From: Granulicella sp.
GTDB taxonomy: Bacteria > Acidobacteriota > Terriglobia > Terriglobales > Acidobacteriaceae
Direction of reading: 5' to 3'
Length of the DNA stretch: 64,000 nt
Assembly: GCA_027339965.1 (NCBI GenBank)
Contig: DAHWNL010000030.1
Span: 1 to 64,000 of the forward strand
The position numbers and the translations under genes were made by a program. Positions within the stretch are counted from its first letter, which is position 1. The number at the start of each line of letters is the position of its first letter. Of the stretch, positions 45,229 to 54,572 are shown one piece after another. The notes under the pieces are model-generated. The model had not been told where the DNA came from. It searched no databases and saw nothing but the letters and a program-made list of their open reading frames with translations.

Positions 45229-46728
45229 CTACGCACCCACCACATCCGACAAGGAGAGCTGTGGCTCTAGCTGTTCTGCTTGTCGCGAGAGGCTCACCTG
45301 CGGAGCCAGACCTCTTTCCAACTTCGCAATCACATCCATTGCGCTGTAACTCGTCGCACCCGGGCGGAGGAACTGAGCCAGGGTCGCCAGGTCGTCGCCG
45401 GCCGTAACCAACCCCGGCTCCACTCGATTCCCGGGTAGAACCTGCGCCAGCCCGATGTTGGCAAACAGACCATTGCAGATACACTTTCGTCCTACGGTCT
45501 CCTCCAAGTGCCCTTGCTTGGAGAGATAGATGCTGAGGGGTTCGGCGGCGCAGCGATAGCCGATACCTCCGTCCGTCGTGCGGTAAGCCTGGCGCAAGTA
45601 CCCAAGGTTGCAGATCCGTGGCCGGGCCGCATACACCTCCTCCTGGGAGGCCGTGCCCTCCAGACAGGCCACCTTGAACGGAAAACCCGTAGGCGAGGCC
45701 AGGGGATCGGTAAATACTCTCGCCGTACCCGCAACCACGCTCGCCAGCAACTCCCGTTTGTACTCTCGCTTCAAGCCGGACTCGTCGGCCAAGGCGAAGG
45801 CTGTTCCTACCTGCACTCCCGCGGCTCCTGCGGCCAGTGCCTCAAGCAGCTTTTCCGCGCTGCCATAGCCGCCAGCCAGCCAGAAAGGGACTCCCAAATC
45901 ACAGAGCTTCTCGATGTCCACTGCATCACGCTCGCCATAGATCGGCTCACCCGAAGAACTCAACTGCATCTTCCCGCGCGGAGGGGCATTGTGTCCGCCC
46001 GCGGTCTGGGTCTCGATCACTAACCCATCCACTCGTCCATTGGCCTTCCTCGTCATCGTAATCGCCAGCGTATTCGAGGAGACAATCGCCAAAAACCTGG
46101 GTCTCTGTAGAGCAGGCAGAGCGCACTCCGCATATTCGCTCGGATCAAAGCGCATCATCACATCGTCGCTTTCCAGCGCCCCTGCCACATGCAACGGATA
46201 CTCCGCCGGACGATGCTGCGCATAGGCATCCAGCACCCCAGGGATCCTTAGCGGAATCCCGGCGCCCATAATCACATACCCCACCCCCGCCAGCATCGCC
46301 CCATAGATGCTAGGCAGGATCGCCGTCTGGATCTTTTCCAGATAGTTGATGCCTACCGGATTCCCGTGCCCCTCACGGGCCAGAAACACCTCCACAAAGT
46401 TGGCCACCATGCACAACTCCGTCAACTCCCGTGGATTGTCCTTCACCAGCAGAGGAATCGAGCGATAGGGAGTTCGGTCCGGCTTTCCACCCTCGATGAA
46501 ATAAGCCTGCCATATACGCTTGGCCATCGCCGGAAAGGGAAAAGCTTCCAGGGCCCGCCGCATTTGTCCACCTGGATCACCCTGTTGCAGCCGCCGCGCC
46601 AGCACCTGATCCAGCGCCGTTCCAGAGACTACGCCCAGATGCCCCGCCGCAGAGACCGTCCGCGCCAGCTTCCAGTTGGAGACCCCAACCCCCATTCCGC
46701 CTTGGATAATCCTGCTGTACTCAGTCAT
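45229..46728 (-). CDS. Nitronate monooxygenase/FabK-like FMN oxidoreductase with a Cys-rich C-terminus
   Basis: IIQGGMGVGVS, AGGHNAP, WLAGG, AAGVQVGTAF, SPTGFPFK; C-terminal ICNLG..YRC..KCICN. Confidence 0.85.
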   Translation of the reverse strand: MTEYSRIIQGGMGVGVSNWKLARTVSAAGHLGVVSGTALDQVLARRLQQGDPGGQMRRALEAFPFPAMAKRIWQAYFIEGGKPDRTPYRSIPLLVKDNPRELTELCMVANFVEVFLAREGHGNPVGINYLEKIQTAILPSIYGAMLAGVGYVIMGAGIPLRIPGVLDAYAQHRPAEYPLHVAGALESDDVMMRFDPSEYAECALPALQRPRFLAIVSSNTLAITMTRKANGRVDGLVIETQTAGGHNAPPRGKMQLSSSGEPIYGERDAVDIEKLCDLGVPFWLAGGYGSAEKLLEALAAGAAGVQVGTAFALADESGLKREYKRELLASVVAGTARVFTDPLASPTGFPFKVACLEGTASQEEVYAARPRICNLGYLRQAYRTTDGGIGYRCAAEPLSIYLSKQGHLEETVGRKCICNGLFANIGLAQVLPGNRVEPGLVTAGDDLATLAQFLRPGATSYSAMDVIAKLERGLAPQVSLSRQAEQLEPQLSLSDVVGA

Positions 46729-46871
46729 GCTTCAATTTTTTCACTTCGCTCAACGTAGAAAAGTATTAGTTTTGTAACCTTGGATGTAGCCGGAAAGACG
46801 ATCCGAGATTCTCATGCTTGTCGCCCACTGCGCGAACAAACATCTTCAACTCTTGCCGGTCCTTGCCTTTC

Positions 46872-47363
46872 TCATGCCTGGACAATCAAGGCTTGCGCCT
46901 CTCCATGGCCGCACGGCTCATATCCAAAGTGCCTGTGCAACTGCTCGGAGCGGTATCGGAAGATCTTCTCAATGTCTGGACGAACGAACCAGCGATGGAG
47001 TGCAAAATCGAAGGGAACGGAATACTCCACATGGTCTCGCACTCGGGTTCCACCGTCGCAGGCTTCAAAGGTATGGCGATGAACCCACTTCCGATACGGG
47101 CCGCGGAGCTGCTCATCGACAAAGCAGCGCGGCGGCTGCCAGAGGCCGATGCGCGTTCGCCAGCGGACGGCGATACCGTGAATCCTCAGTTTGTATTCAA
47201 TCAACGCGCCCTCCTGCATTTCGATCCTTCCCGGATTCAGGATTTTAAAGTTTAGCCATGGCGGCGTAATCTTCTCAAGATTGGCTGCGTCGGCGAAGAA
47301 CGGAAACAACGCTTCGGGAGCCAATGGCAACCATATCTCGCTTTTGTACTCTCGGATCTTCAT
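46872..47363 (-). CDS. SRPBCC (START-like) lipid-binding protein
   Basis: FFADAANLEKITPP, FVDEQLRGPY..WVHRHTF; AGGGAG RBS. Confidence 0.85.
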   Translation of the reverse strand: MKIREYKSEIWLPLAPEALFPFFADAANLEKITPPWLNFKILNPGRIEMQEGALIEYKLRIHGIAVRWRTRIGLWQPPRCFVDEQLRGPYRKWVHRHTFEACDGGTRVRDHVEYSVPFDFALHRWFVRPDIEKIFRYRSEQLHRHFGYEPCGHGEAQALIVQA

Positions 47364-47405
47364 GATCCTCTCCCTTAATCTCCTTCTGCAACCTGCTTTT
47401 GTCAT

Positions 47406-47639
47406 TCATTGCGCAAAGAAGTCTTCCACTACTGCTTTCACCCACTCCGGGGGCAGCCTCGCCAAGCTCGCTCTGTTCCTGAGCTCGCGCCCGCGGTCCG
47501 TGGCGCTGCTCCCGGAGTCGATGCAACGGATGGAGCGATGCGGATGGAAGAAGAGGTATCCACCGCCGAAGGAGGCTCGCCCCTCGTGTCGGCATGGCCA
47601 TTGCCACCATCCATCAGGATTCACGGGCTTTGGTGTCAC
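47406..47639 (-). CDS. Possible small hypothetical protein or gene remnant
   Basis: GTG start overlaps the upstream stop (GTGA); no recognisable motif. Confidence 0.3.
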   Translation of the reverse strand: MTPKPVNPDGWWQWPCRHEGRASFGGGYLFFHPHRSIRCIDSGSSATDRGRELRNRASLARLPPEWVKAVVEDFFAQ

Positions 47640-47971
47640 CTCGCCCCATCCTCGGCCGCTTCCGGCCGCCAGCCCAACCGTTCCGCCTCTTCGCTAGTCA
47701 AACGCAAGAGGTAAAAAAAGCCGTTGGGGCTTTCGATGTGTTCCATCACGTCCCGAAGATCCGAACCACGAACGAGAAGCGGATTCACAATATCAATCAG
47801 TTCCCACTCATCAGCAAACACCCTGTCCATCGCCTTGGTTCGGTAGTCGCCGCGGGCGCTCCAAGGGCGAATTCGCACAGAATAGGCGCAACTCCCGCTC
47901 TGCTCAGCGCGCGTGCAATAAAGATGCACCAAATATCGACGCCGCGAATGGATGGATGCCGGCCTCTGCAT
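47636..47971 (-). CDS. Hypothetical protein in the carotenoid operon
   Basis: ATG 8 nt after the crtO stop, GAGG RBS, protein-like composition. Confidence 0.6.
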   Translation of the reverse strand: MQRPASIHSRRRYLVHLYCTRAEQSGSCAYSVRIRPWSARGDYRTKAMDRVFADEWELIDIVNPLLVRGSDLRDVMEHIESPNGFFYLLRLTSEEAERLGWRPEAAEDGAR

Positions 47972-47979
47972 GGCTTGCC

Positions 47980-48459
47980 TCACTGCATATCCAGAATTGG
48001 CCGCAGGGACTGAAGCCTGCGCCCCAACACGATGCGGTTGTAGCGTTGGGCGACGATGCAGGGCAGATTGACGCAAAGCGCATACGCCGTCATGACCACG
48101 CACGCCCACGGCGGGTTCCACAAAAAAAACAGCGGCGAACAAAGAAGCATGCCCCAATGAGCCATCTCGGCTCGACGGGTCTCTACCACAAACTGCAGGA
48201 GGTAGGCTGGCTCCCGGGAGCGCAATCTCTTCTTTGCAAACCCTCCTAACCAAAAAGCTCCATCCGGTAGCAGCAACTTCCACCTGCGCACCCTCAGCCA
48301 GTCGCGATAGAGATGCCCTTCTCGTTCCCACCCTCGCGGAGCCGTCATCCAGAGATCCTGAGCAAAGATCTGCGCGGGGAGGCGCAATGCGAGCCATGAG
48401 ATGGAAAGTTGAATGACGGGCCAACCCAGAAGATTGGCCGCCCAAATCCACGCAGTCAT
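47980..48459 (-). CDS. crtO: Glycosyl-4,4'-diaponeurosporenoate acyltransferase
   Basis: WE..G.LY..WLRVRRWK.LLPDG, ETRRAEMAHW, NLPCIVAQRYNR. Confidence 0.88.
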   Translation of the reverse strand: MTAWIWAANLLGWPVIQLSISWLALRLPAQIFAQDLWMTAPRGWEREGHLYRDWLRVRRWKLLLPDGAFWLGGFAKKRLRSREPAYLLQFVVETRRAEMAHWGMLLCSPLFFLWNPPWACVVMTAYALCVNLPCIVAQRYNRIVLGRRLQSLRPILDMQ

Positions 48460-49529
48460 ACCTGACGGCCCCTCCATGTAGCCCTGCGCCCTAGAGCGCT
48501 ACGCACGGCCGAGCGCCCAAAGAGAAAGCAAAAGTAAAACAATGGCAAGGGATAGAGCAGACAGGTCAAAACTCGATAGTTACCCAGTCGATGAATCATC
48601 CAGCCAATCTGCATACTCAAAGCAATGTATACCAAGGCTAGGCCGGCGCGGCTGTGGCTGCTGGAACTCACCAGCAAGAGCAGCATGGACCAGAGCACGC
48701 TGATCCACAAAATGGCTAAGCCAAGAATCAGCCCTCCAGAGTCCGCAGCGCCCTGAAGAAGAGCCTTGCTCAGGCTCTCCGACATCTGGCGGAACCCGTT
48801 TGGGAACATTCGCATCTGTAGAGTTCCCTCGCCTCCGAGGCAGAGGATCCTTGCGCCGCACTCGCGAAACCGATTTGCCCAGCGAAGATTTTCCAACACC
48901 ACTCCAGGTATCGCCGCGTGTCCGCCAGCCGCAAAGTAAACCTCCCTGGAGAGCAGCAAGAACTGGCCGAAGAGCCTTGCCGAAGCAATCGGACTGAAGC
49001 CCCCTGCACCGGCTGCCATCACGATGTGGAAGAAGATGGAAAGCTGTTCGTAAACTCTTTCCATAATGTGGTGGGGCAGCACCGATAGAACCAGACTGGG
49101 ATCCTGCTCCCTTGCCCAGAAGGAGAGCAGCCGTTCCAGTCCACCGGGAAGAAAATATGTGTCGGCATCCAGAAACAGAAAAACCTCGCCCGATGCGCTC
49201 TGTGCTCCCCGATAGCAGGACCAGGACTTGCCCGTCCATCCGGCGGGCCTTTCTCCCGCCACAAGCACGCGAGCTCCCAGACTGCTGGCGAGTGCAGCCG
49301 TCTTGTCGGTCGAGCCATCATCGACGACTAACACCTCCACAGCCCCGATCGACGCGCCTGCAATAGAACTCAACAGACGAGGCAGATTCTTCTCCTCGTC
49401 GCGTGCGGGGATGATGATGGAGAGATTTTCTCGCGTGCCTACTCCAGCGGGCGGACAGGAGGGAATGCGCCAGATAAGAAGAAGGCCGGCGGAGAGCCCC
49501 AGCGCCCCTAGCAGAATGACAGGCATCAT
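48456..49529 (-). CDS. crtQ: GT2 glycosyltransferase, 4,4'-diaponeurosporenoate glycosyltransferase-like
   Basis: SIIIPARDEE, VVDDGSTD.T, GWTGK, FLDAD, TWRGR; context between crtP and crtO. Confidence 0.82.
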   Translation of the reverse strand: MMPVILLGALGLSAGLLLIWRIPSCPPAGVGTRENLSIIIPARDEEKNLPRLLSSIAGASIGAVEVLVVDDGSTDKTAALASSLGARVLVAGERPAGWTGKSWSCYRGAQSASGEVFLFLDADTYFLPGGLERLLSFWAREQDPSLVLSVLPHHIMERVYEQLSIFFHIVMAAGAGGFSPIASARLFGQFLLLSREVYFAAGGHAAIPGVVLENLRWANRFRECGARILCLGGEGTLQMRMFPNGFRQMSESLSKALLQGAADSGGLILGLAILWISVLWSMLLLLVSSSSHSRAGLALVYIALSMQIGWMIHRLGNYRVLTCLLYPLPLFYFCFLFGRSAVRSALGRRATWRGRQV

Positions 49530-51043
49530 AGGGCCTCTTTCGCTTCTTGCTCTACGATCATCTGCGCTACATGCTGGCCGCTCAGCGCCACCATGGGCAT
49601 GCCTGCGCCGGGATTTGTGCTGCCGCCGACGAAGAAAAGATTAGGAAACTGGAAGCTCCGCTTGGGAGCCTTGAACGCGAAGTTGCTACGCCTGTCGCAG
49701 ACCACGCCATAGATCGAGCCTCGGTGAGAACCATAGCGCGCTTCAATGTCAAAGGGCGTCCAGAAATCCTCTACGACGATGTGCCGGCGAAGATCGCTCA
49801 TCCCCATTCGTTCAAGCTTGTCCAGGCAGACGTCCTTGAGCGCCTCATAGTCTTTGCGAGTGGTGGGGTGGGAGTCGTCGAGTGAGGGAATATGAGGCAG
49901 GATCTTGATATTGTCACAACCTTCCGGCGCCTGGGTAGGGTCGGATCGCGTCGGCGCCACTACGTAGAGCGTGGGATCGTCAGGAAGCTTCCCCTCCCGA
50001 AATACGCGTCGGAAGTGCTGGTGGAGATCTTTCGAGTAGAAGAAGTTGTGGTGGGCAAGCTGGGGGTACACGCGATCCAGGCCCAGATGAAGGACGATTC
50101 CGGAACAGGACGGCTTGAAGCGGCGCAGCTTCTTCATGGCGTAAGCCGGAGCGTGCAGCAGCTTCTGCATCGCCGGAATTACCTCCATGTTGGAGACGAT
50201 GTAATCAGCCTTGACCAGGCCATCTGAGCCATCAGAGCCACGGGTCCTCACTCCAGTCACCAACCCGCCGGCGCTCTCGATCTGCTGCACCTCCTGCCCT
50301 AAAAGCAAGGTAACTCCGCACTCCTCCATACGTCGCTGAAAGGCCCGGGCCAGTTCGTAGAGACCTCCCGAGACATACCAGAGGCCAAACTCCATCTGGA
50401 TGTTTGGCATCAGGTTCATGAACGCTGGCGAATCCAGAGCGCTTGAACCCACATACTTAATGAAATACTCGAAGATGTCTCTGAGGTATCGATTGCTCAG
50501 GCGGCCTTGAATGCTGCCCGCCATTGATCGCAGATAGTCAAGGTCGCGCGCGTCTTTCCAACCATAGAAGCGAAGAAACTGGCCAAACGTGTCCAGACCG
50601 TGGCGAAGGTAGCCGCGTTCAACAATCTCAAACTGCCGGCGAGAGTAGGCGAGAAAGCTCTCATACTCATCACTCGTCTGCGAGCCGAAGCGTTTCAACT
50701 CCTGGCGCATCTTCTTGGGGTCTTCCCAGAGGTCAACCACAGTTCCATCTTCAAAAAAGTTGCGCCATTGCGGATCCACACGCTGGAGCTTGACGTAGTC
50801 TTCCAGCTTCCTGCCGTCGTCTTCAAAGATCGGCCGAAAGATCTGGGGCAAGGTGAAGATCGACGGGCCAAGATCGAAACGAAATCCCTCCGTTTCCAGC
50901 AGATTCAGCTTGCCTCCTGCATGGAAGTTCTTTTCCAGCACCGTCACCTGAAACCCTTTGCCGGCCAGCATGATCGCAGCCGACATCCCACCGATTCCCG
51001 CTCCAATGACGACGACATGCATGTCCTTCGCTGCAGGTTTCAT
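49526..51043 (-). CDS. crtP: Diapolycopene/diaponeurosporene oxygenase (CrtP/CrtNb)
   Basis: VIGAGIGG, GGKLN..DLGPSIFTLP, WRNFFEDG, YFIKYVGSS, LAHHNFF, GGSTNPGAGMPMV. Confidence 0.82.
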   Translation of the reverse strand: MKPAAKDMHVVVIGAGIGGMSAAIMLAGKGFQVTVLEKNFHAGGKLNLLETEGFRFDLGPSIFTLPQIFRPIFEDDGRKLEDYVKLQRVDPQWRNFFEDGTVVDLWEDPKKMRQELKRFGSQTSDEYESFLAYSRRQFEIVERGYLRHGLDTFGQFLRFYGWKDARDLDYLRSMAGSIQGRLSNRYLRDIFEYFIKYVGSSALDSPAFMNLMPNIQMEFGLWYVSGGLYELARAFQRRMEECGVTLLLGQEVQQIESAGGLVTGVRTRGSDGSDGLVKADYIVSNMEVIPAMQKLLHAPAYAMKKLRRFKPSCSGIVLHLGLDRVYPQLAHHNFFYSKDLHQHFRRVFREGKLPDDPTLYVVAPTRSDPTQAPEGCDNIKILPHIPSLDDSHPTTRKDYEALKDVCLDKLERMGMSDLRRHIVVEDFWTPFDIEARYGSHRGSIYGVVCDRRSNFAFKAPKRSFQFPNLFFVGGSTNPGAGMPMVALSGQHVAQMIVEQEAKEAL

Positions 51044-51657
51044 AAGCCTCGCACCATGACGATCGTGATCTGTTTGGGGTGCTCACCCAAATGAAAGCAA
51101 CACTTGTGATAGCGGGGTGGTCCCAGGCGCGCGGGCGGATTGTTGGAGGCTCCAACCGGTTCCCGCGGCAGACCGAAGAAGTTATGATCCAGCTTGTGGT
51201 TGCGGTTCAGGTCCTCATAGACGCTGACGGCATAGTCTCCTCGCGGCAGGTCGACAACAAAACGCATCTGTCCCCTTCTTGCCGGAATCGTTAGAAAGCC
51301 ATGCAAAATAGCCTTGTCGCGGTCTCCAGGAAACCCTGAGGCAGAGTCGAAGATCAGATAGCCAAGATCTCCCTGCGCTCCGCTGGTCAGCCTGACGTTC
51401 ACTGTGAGTTGCGTCTTCGGTTTCATCTCGGCGCTGGTCTTGGGGACAAAAAGGAGAGCCAACATCCAGAGAACCGTCAAGGAAGAGAAAATCGCAGCTA
51501 CGCGGGCTCGGCTGGTGCCGACACTCCGCTGCTTGGCCAGATCAAGACAGTCGCAGCCGAGGAATAGATCCAAGCGGATCTTTTGCCTGTGCGGATCCCT
51601 AACGGTAGAGGCCCGCAGCGCCTTGCTTGAAATCCGACCTGCTTTCAGGAAGCTCAT
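51040..51657 (-). CDS. DUF2141 domain protein
   Basis: GDYAVSVYEDLNRNHKLDHNFFGLPREPVGASNN; overlaps both neighbours by 4 nt. Confidence 0.8.
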   Translation of the reverse strand: MSFLKAGRISSKALRASTVRDPHRQKIRLDLFLGCDCLDLAKQRSVGTSRARVAAIFSSLTVLWMLALLFVPKTSAEMKPKTQLTVNVRLTSGAQGDLGYLIFDSASGFPGDRDKAILHGFLTIPARRGQMRFVVDLPRGDYAVSVYEDLNRNHKLDHNFFGLPREPVGASNNPPARLGPPRYHKCCFHLGEHPKQITIVMVRGL

Positions 51658-53195
51658 GCCAATGCAACCTCCAACGGTCTCGCCATGGGATGAGCAACTT
51701 CATATTTTTGACAGATGAGATTGGCGGAGATTCGAGCCGACTCGAAGATGGTGGGTAGCCCGCTGCCCGGATGCGTTCCCCCGCCAACCAGATAGCAGTT
51801 CTCAAACATCTCGAACTTGTTGTGGGGACGCATGTAGAGCATCTGATCCCAGCTATGCGCCATGTTGAAGGTCGCGCCCAGAAAGACCGAGTGTCTGTCT
51901 TCCCAATCCTGCGGGGTCACGATCATCTCCCGCTGAACATGAGGCTCCACATCCCCAAACGGAGTCCGTTCTCGCAGGACGCGAAAGATGCGCTCTCGCA
52001 TCTCCTGTTTTTGCTCCTGCCAGTCGATGCCGCTTCTGTTGTTGGAAACCGGCACCAGAATATAAAGTGCTGAGTGGCCGGAGGGCGCGCCGGATGGGTC
52101 CGTTCTGCAAGAGTTGCGGATATAGACGGAGATCTCATCCAGATTCTGACTGCCTTGCGTAATCGCTTCAATATTCTTCTTGTAGTCGCGCGCAAAGATG
52201 ATCGTGTGGTGCTCGGCATCATACGTTCGATCCAGCCCCAGGTACATCATGAAGGTAGAGCAGGAAAACTTCCGTTCGCGCAGTTTCTCTGGCCGGTACC
52301 TGCCTAGACGGTTTGGCTCAAAGAGCGTAGTCATGGCATGTCCGAAATCGGCGTTGAGGATGACCTCGTCGCAGTAGATCTTTTCCCCACTAGCCAGCTT
52401 CACTCCCGTGGCGCGCCTGCCATCCAGAAGCACACGCGCCACAGGCGCGGAGGTGTGAATCTCGGCACCCTCTTCGCGGCTTACCTCCGCCAGCGCCTGG
52501 GGAATGCGGGAGAGCCCTCCCATCACGTGGTAGACCCCATGGGCGTGTTCGGTGTAGGGAATCATGGTGAACAACCCCGGACAGTCCCAGGGCGACATTC
52601 CCAGATACTTGGACTGAAAGGTGAACGCCAGACGCAGATCTTCGGAACGGAAGTAATCGCCCAGGACGTCGTAAAGAGACCTGCCGGCGGCGATGTAGGG
52701 AACCGTGGCGAGTAATGTAGGGCTAAGCAGGCTGGCCAAGGTTCCGTACGGCTTCTGCAGGCAGGGATAGAGCTTCTCAAACCTCTCGCTCTCGCAGGCA
52801 AGAAAGCGATCAAGGTTGCCGCCCTCCCCTGGAAAGTGCCGCTCAATCTCGTGCTTCATCGCCCCCGGATCGGAGCGGACCAGCATCGTCTTATCCGCAA
52901 AGCTCAACGCGTACACGGGGTCCAGTTTGCGGAACTGAAGGTAATCGCTCGACCGTCTTCCTCCCTCCGCGAAGAGCTCATCCAGGAGAAACTTCATCAT
53001 CAGAAAGGTAGGTCCAAGGTCGAAGCGATAGTCCCCTAGACGCACCTCGGCATTGCGTCCGCCCACCACATCCTGCTTTTCAAACACCTGGACCCGGAAA
53101 CCCCGCTGCGCCAGGAGCATGGCTGCGGAAAGCCCTCCGGGACCCGCGCCGACAATCACAACGCTCCTCTTGTTACCCGTCGCCAAGTTGCCCAT
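51654..53195 (-). CDS. crtN: 4,4'-diapophytoene desaturase (CrtN-type phytoene desaturase)
   Basis: IVGAGPGG, FDLGPTFLMM, FTFQSKYLGMSPW, YLVGGGTHPGSGLPTIFESARI. Confidence 0.85.
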   Translation of the reverse strand: MGNLATGNKRSVVIVGAGPGGLSAAMLLAQRGFRVQVFEKQDVVGGRNAEVRLGDYRFDLGPTFLMMKFLLDELFAEGGRRSSDYLQFRKLDPVYALSFADKTMLVRSDPGAMKHEIERHFPGEGGNLDRFLACESERFEKLYPCLQKPYGTLASLLSPTLLATVPYIAAGRSLYDVLGDYFRSEDLRLAFTFQSKYLGMSPWDCPGLFTMIPYTEHAHGVYHVMGGLSRIPQALAEVSREEGAEIHTSAPVARVLLDGRRATGVKLASGEKIYCDEVILNADFGHAMTTLFEPNRLGRYRPEKLRERKFSCSTFMMYLGLDRTYDAEHHTIIFARDYKKNIEAITQGSQNLDEISVYIRNSCRTDPSGAPSGHSALYILVPVSNNRSGIDWQEQKQEMRERIFRVLRERTPFGDVEPHVQREMIVTPQDWEDRHSVFLGATFNMAHSWDQMLYMRPHNKFEMFENCYLVGGGTHPGSGLPTIFESARISANLICQKYEVAHPMARPLEVALA

Positions 53196-53369
53196 AGGTC
53201 GAACTTAACACTCAGGCATTGTCCCTTGGCTGGCATCAGGTGGCGAAGCAAGGATCATTTGCTTGCTGCGCAAGAGACCAGCGCACTTTTGCTCTCCAGG
53301 TAAACAAGCGGCTTTCCCCCATCGATAGCGCAGCCTCGCTCCGCTCTCTGCACCGCTCGGGAGGATGCT

Positions 53370-54023
53370 TTACCGAGGGGTTCCCGTGGTGACCACCATC
53401 GCAATGCAGGGAGTATCTACCAGACTTCGATAGGAATGCTTTTGCAGGGCATCGAAGTAGATGGAGTCGCCGGCTGCAAGCTGGAACGTCTCTACGCCAA
53501 TCTTCATCTCCAGCTTACCCTCCAGCAGGTAGAGCAGTTCCACCCCCGGATGATAGTGCGGCACGGCCTTCTCCTCCGGCCAGGGATGGAAGTGCGCCAA
53601 GTAGCCGCTCAGCTTGCGCTCATTCACACGAAAGTCCAGGCTTTCAAAGTGCCAAGGAGCGGAAGCGGCCTTTGGGTCCGAAGGAAATAGCATACGTTCG
53701 TTGCGCCGCACCACCGACACAACATGGCGCTTCCTCGGGTCGCTGAAAAAATAGTCCAGGCCAACACCAAAGACCAGAGCGATCCTGGTCAGCGTGGGCA
53801 GTGTCGGCACCAGCCGCCCATTCTCCAGCCGCGACAGCATGGCGGCAGAAAATCCCGTGTGCTCCGCCAACTGAGCTAGTCCCATGTTCCGGCGCAGACG
53901 CAGGGTACGCAGCTTGTCGGCAATCGCATAGGGACGAAGTGATTCCTGGACGATCCCCGCGTCCGTACTCTTGCCGCTCGCCTTCGCCTCCGCAGCAGAG
54001 GTTTTGACTTGCTTGCCGGGCAT
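53370..54023 (-). CDS. XRE-family HTH regulator with a cupin domain
   Basis: LAQLAEHTGFSAAMLSRLENG..PTL.TL; H.HPG.E..Y..EG, GDSIYFD. Confidence 0.9.
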   Translation of the reverse strand: MPGKQVKTSAAEAKASGKSTDAGIVQESLRPYAIADKLRTLRLRRNMGLAQLAEHTGFSAAMLSRLENGRLVPTLPTLTRIALVFGVGLDYFFSDPRKRHVVSVVRRNERMLFPSDPKAASAPWHFESLDFRVNERKLSGYLAHFHPWPEEKAVPHYHPGVELLYLLEGKLEMKIGVETFQLAAGDSIYFDALQKHSYRSLVDTPCIAMVVTTGTPR

Positions 54024-54231
54024 ACTTCAATGTACGGCTGATCTTTACTGCCAATCAAGTGGAGTTGCCGTCTGAGTAAGGCCTTACGGACACTTTGCGA
54101 ACGATCGAGCATAGCCGCCTATCGAAAGGATGTGCACTTCCTGTCCCGCCAGGTCTCTGGAACGCCAAGTCTCTGGAATTGGCTTCAAAGTTTTTCTGCC
54201 GGCAATTCCTTCCCGGCAGACACCCTCCTGG

Positions 54232-54441
54232 TTCACATGGCTGCGCGCCCAGACTGGCGCTACGGACGGCAATCTGGGCGCTCATCTTCTCAAGCTGGAG
54301 GAGGCCGGCTACGTTGCCATTGCCAAGAGCTTCGTCCAGCGCAAGCCACAGACGCTATACCGGATCACCAACGCCGGCCGCACCGCGCTGACAGAGTATG
54401 TCCGAGCTCTCCGCCAACTTCTCGGCTCAGCCATCTCCTGA
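54232..54441 (+). pseudogene. 5'-truncated winged-helix (MarR/ArsR-like) regulator
   Basis: FTWL...GATDGNLGAHLLKLEEAGYV...KP.TLYRIT.AGR; the sequence upstream in frame does not resemble the expected N-terminal helices. Confidence 0.6.
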
Positions 54442-54572
54442 CGGGCTCACGGCCTGCGTCGGAATACAAGCCGTGAACTTGGAGTTTTCTCCCCCAGGAT
54501 ACGGCGACCCCTTCCGCAGCGTTGCGCAGAGAAGGCCCCGGCAGAAAGCGATCCGCGACCCTCCCTAGGTTT

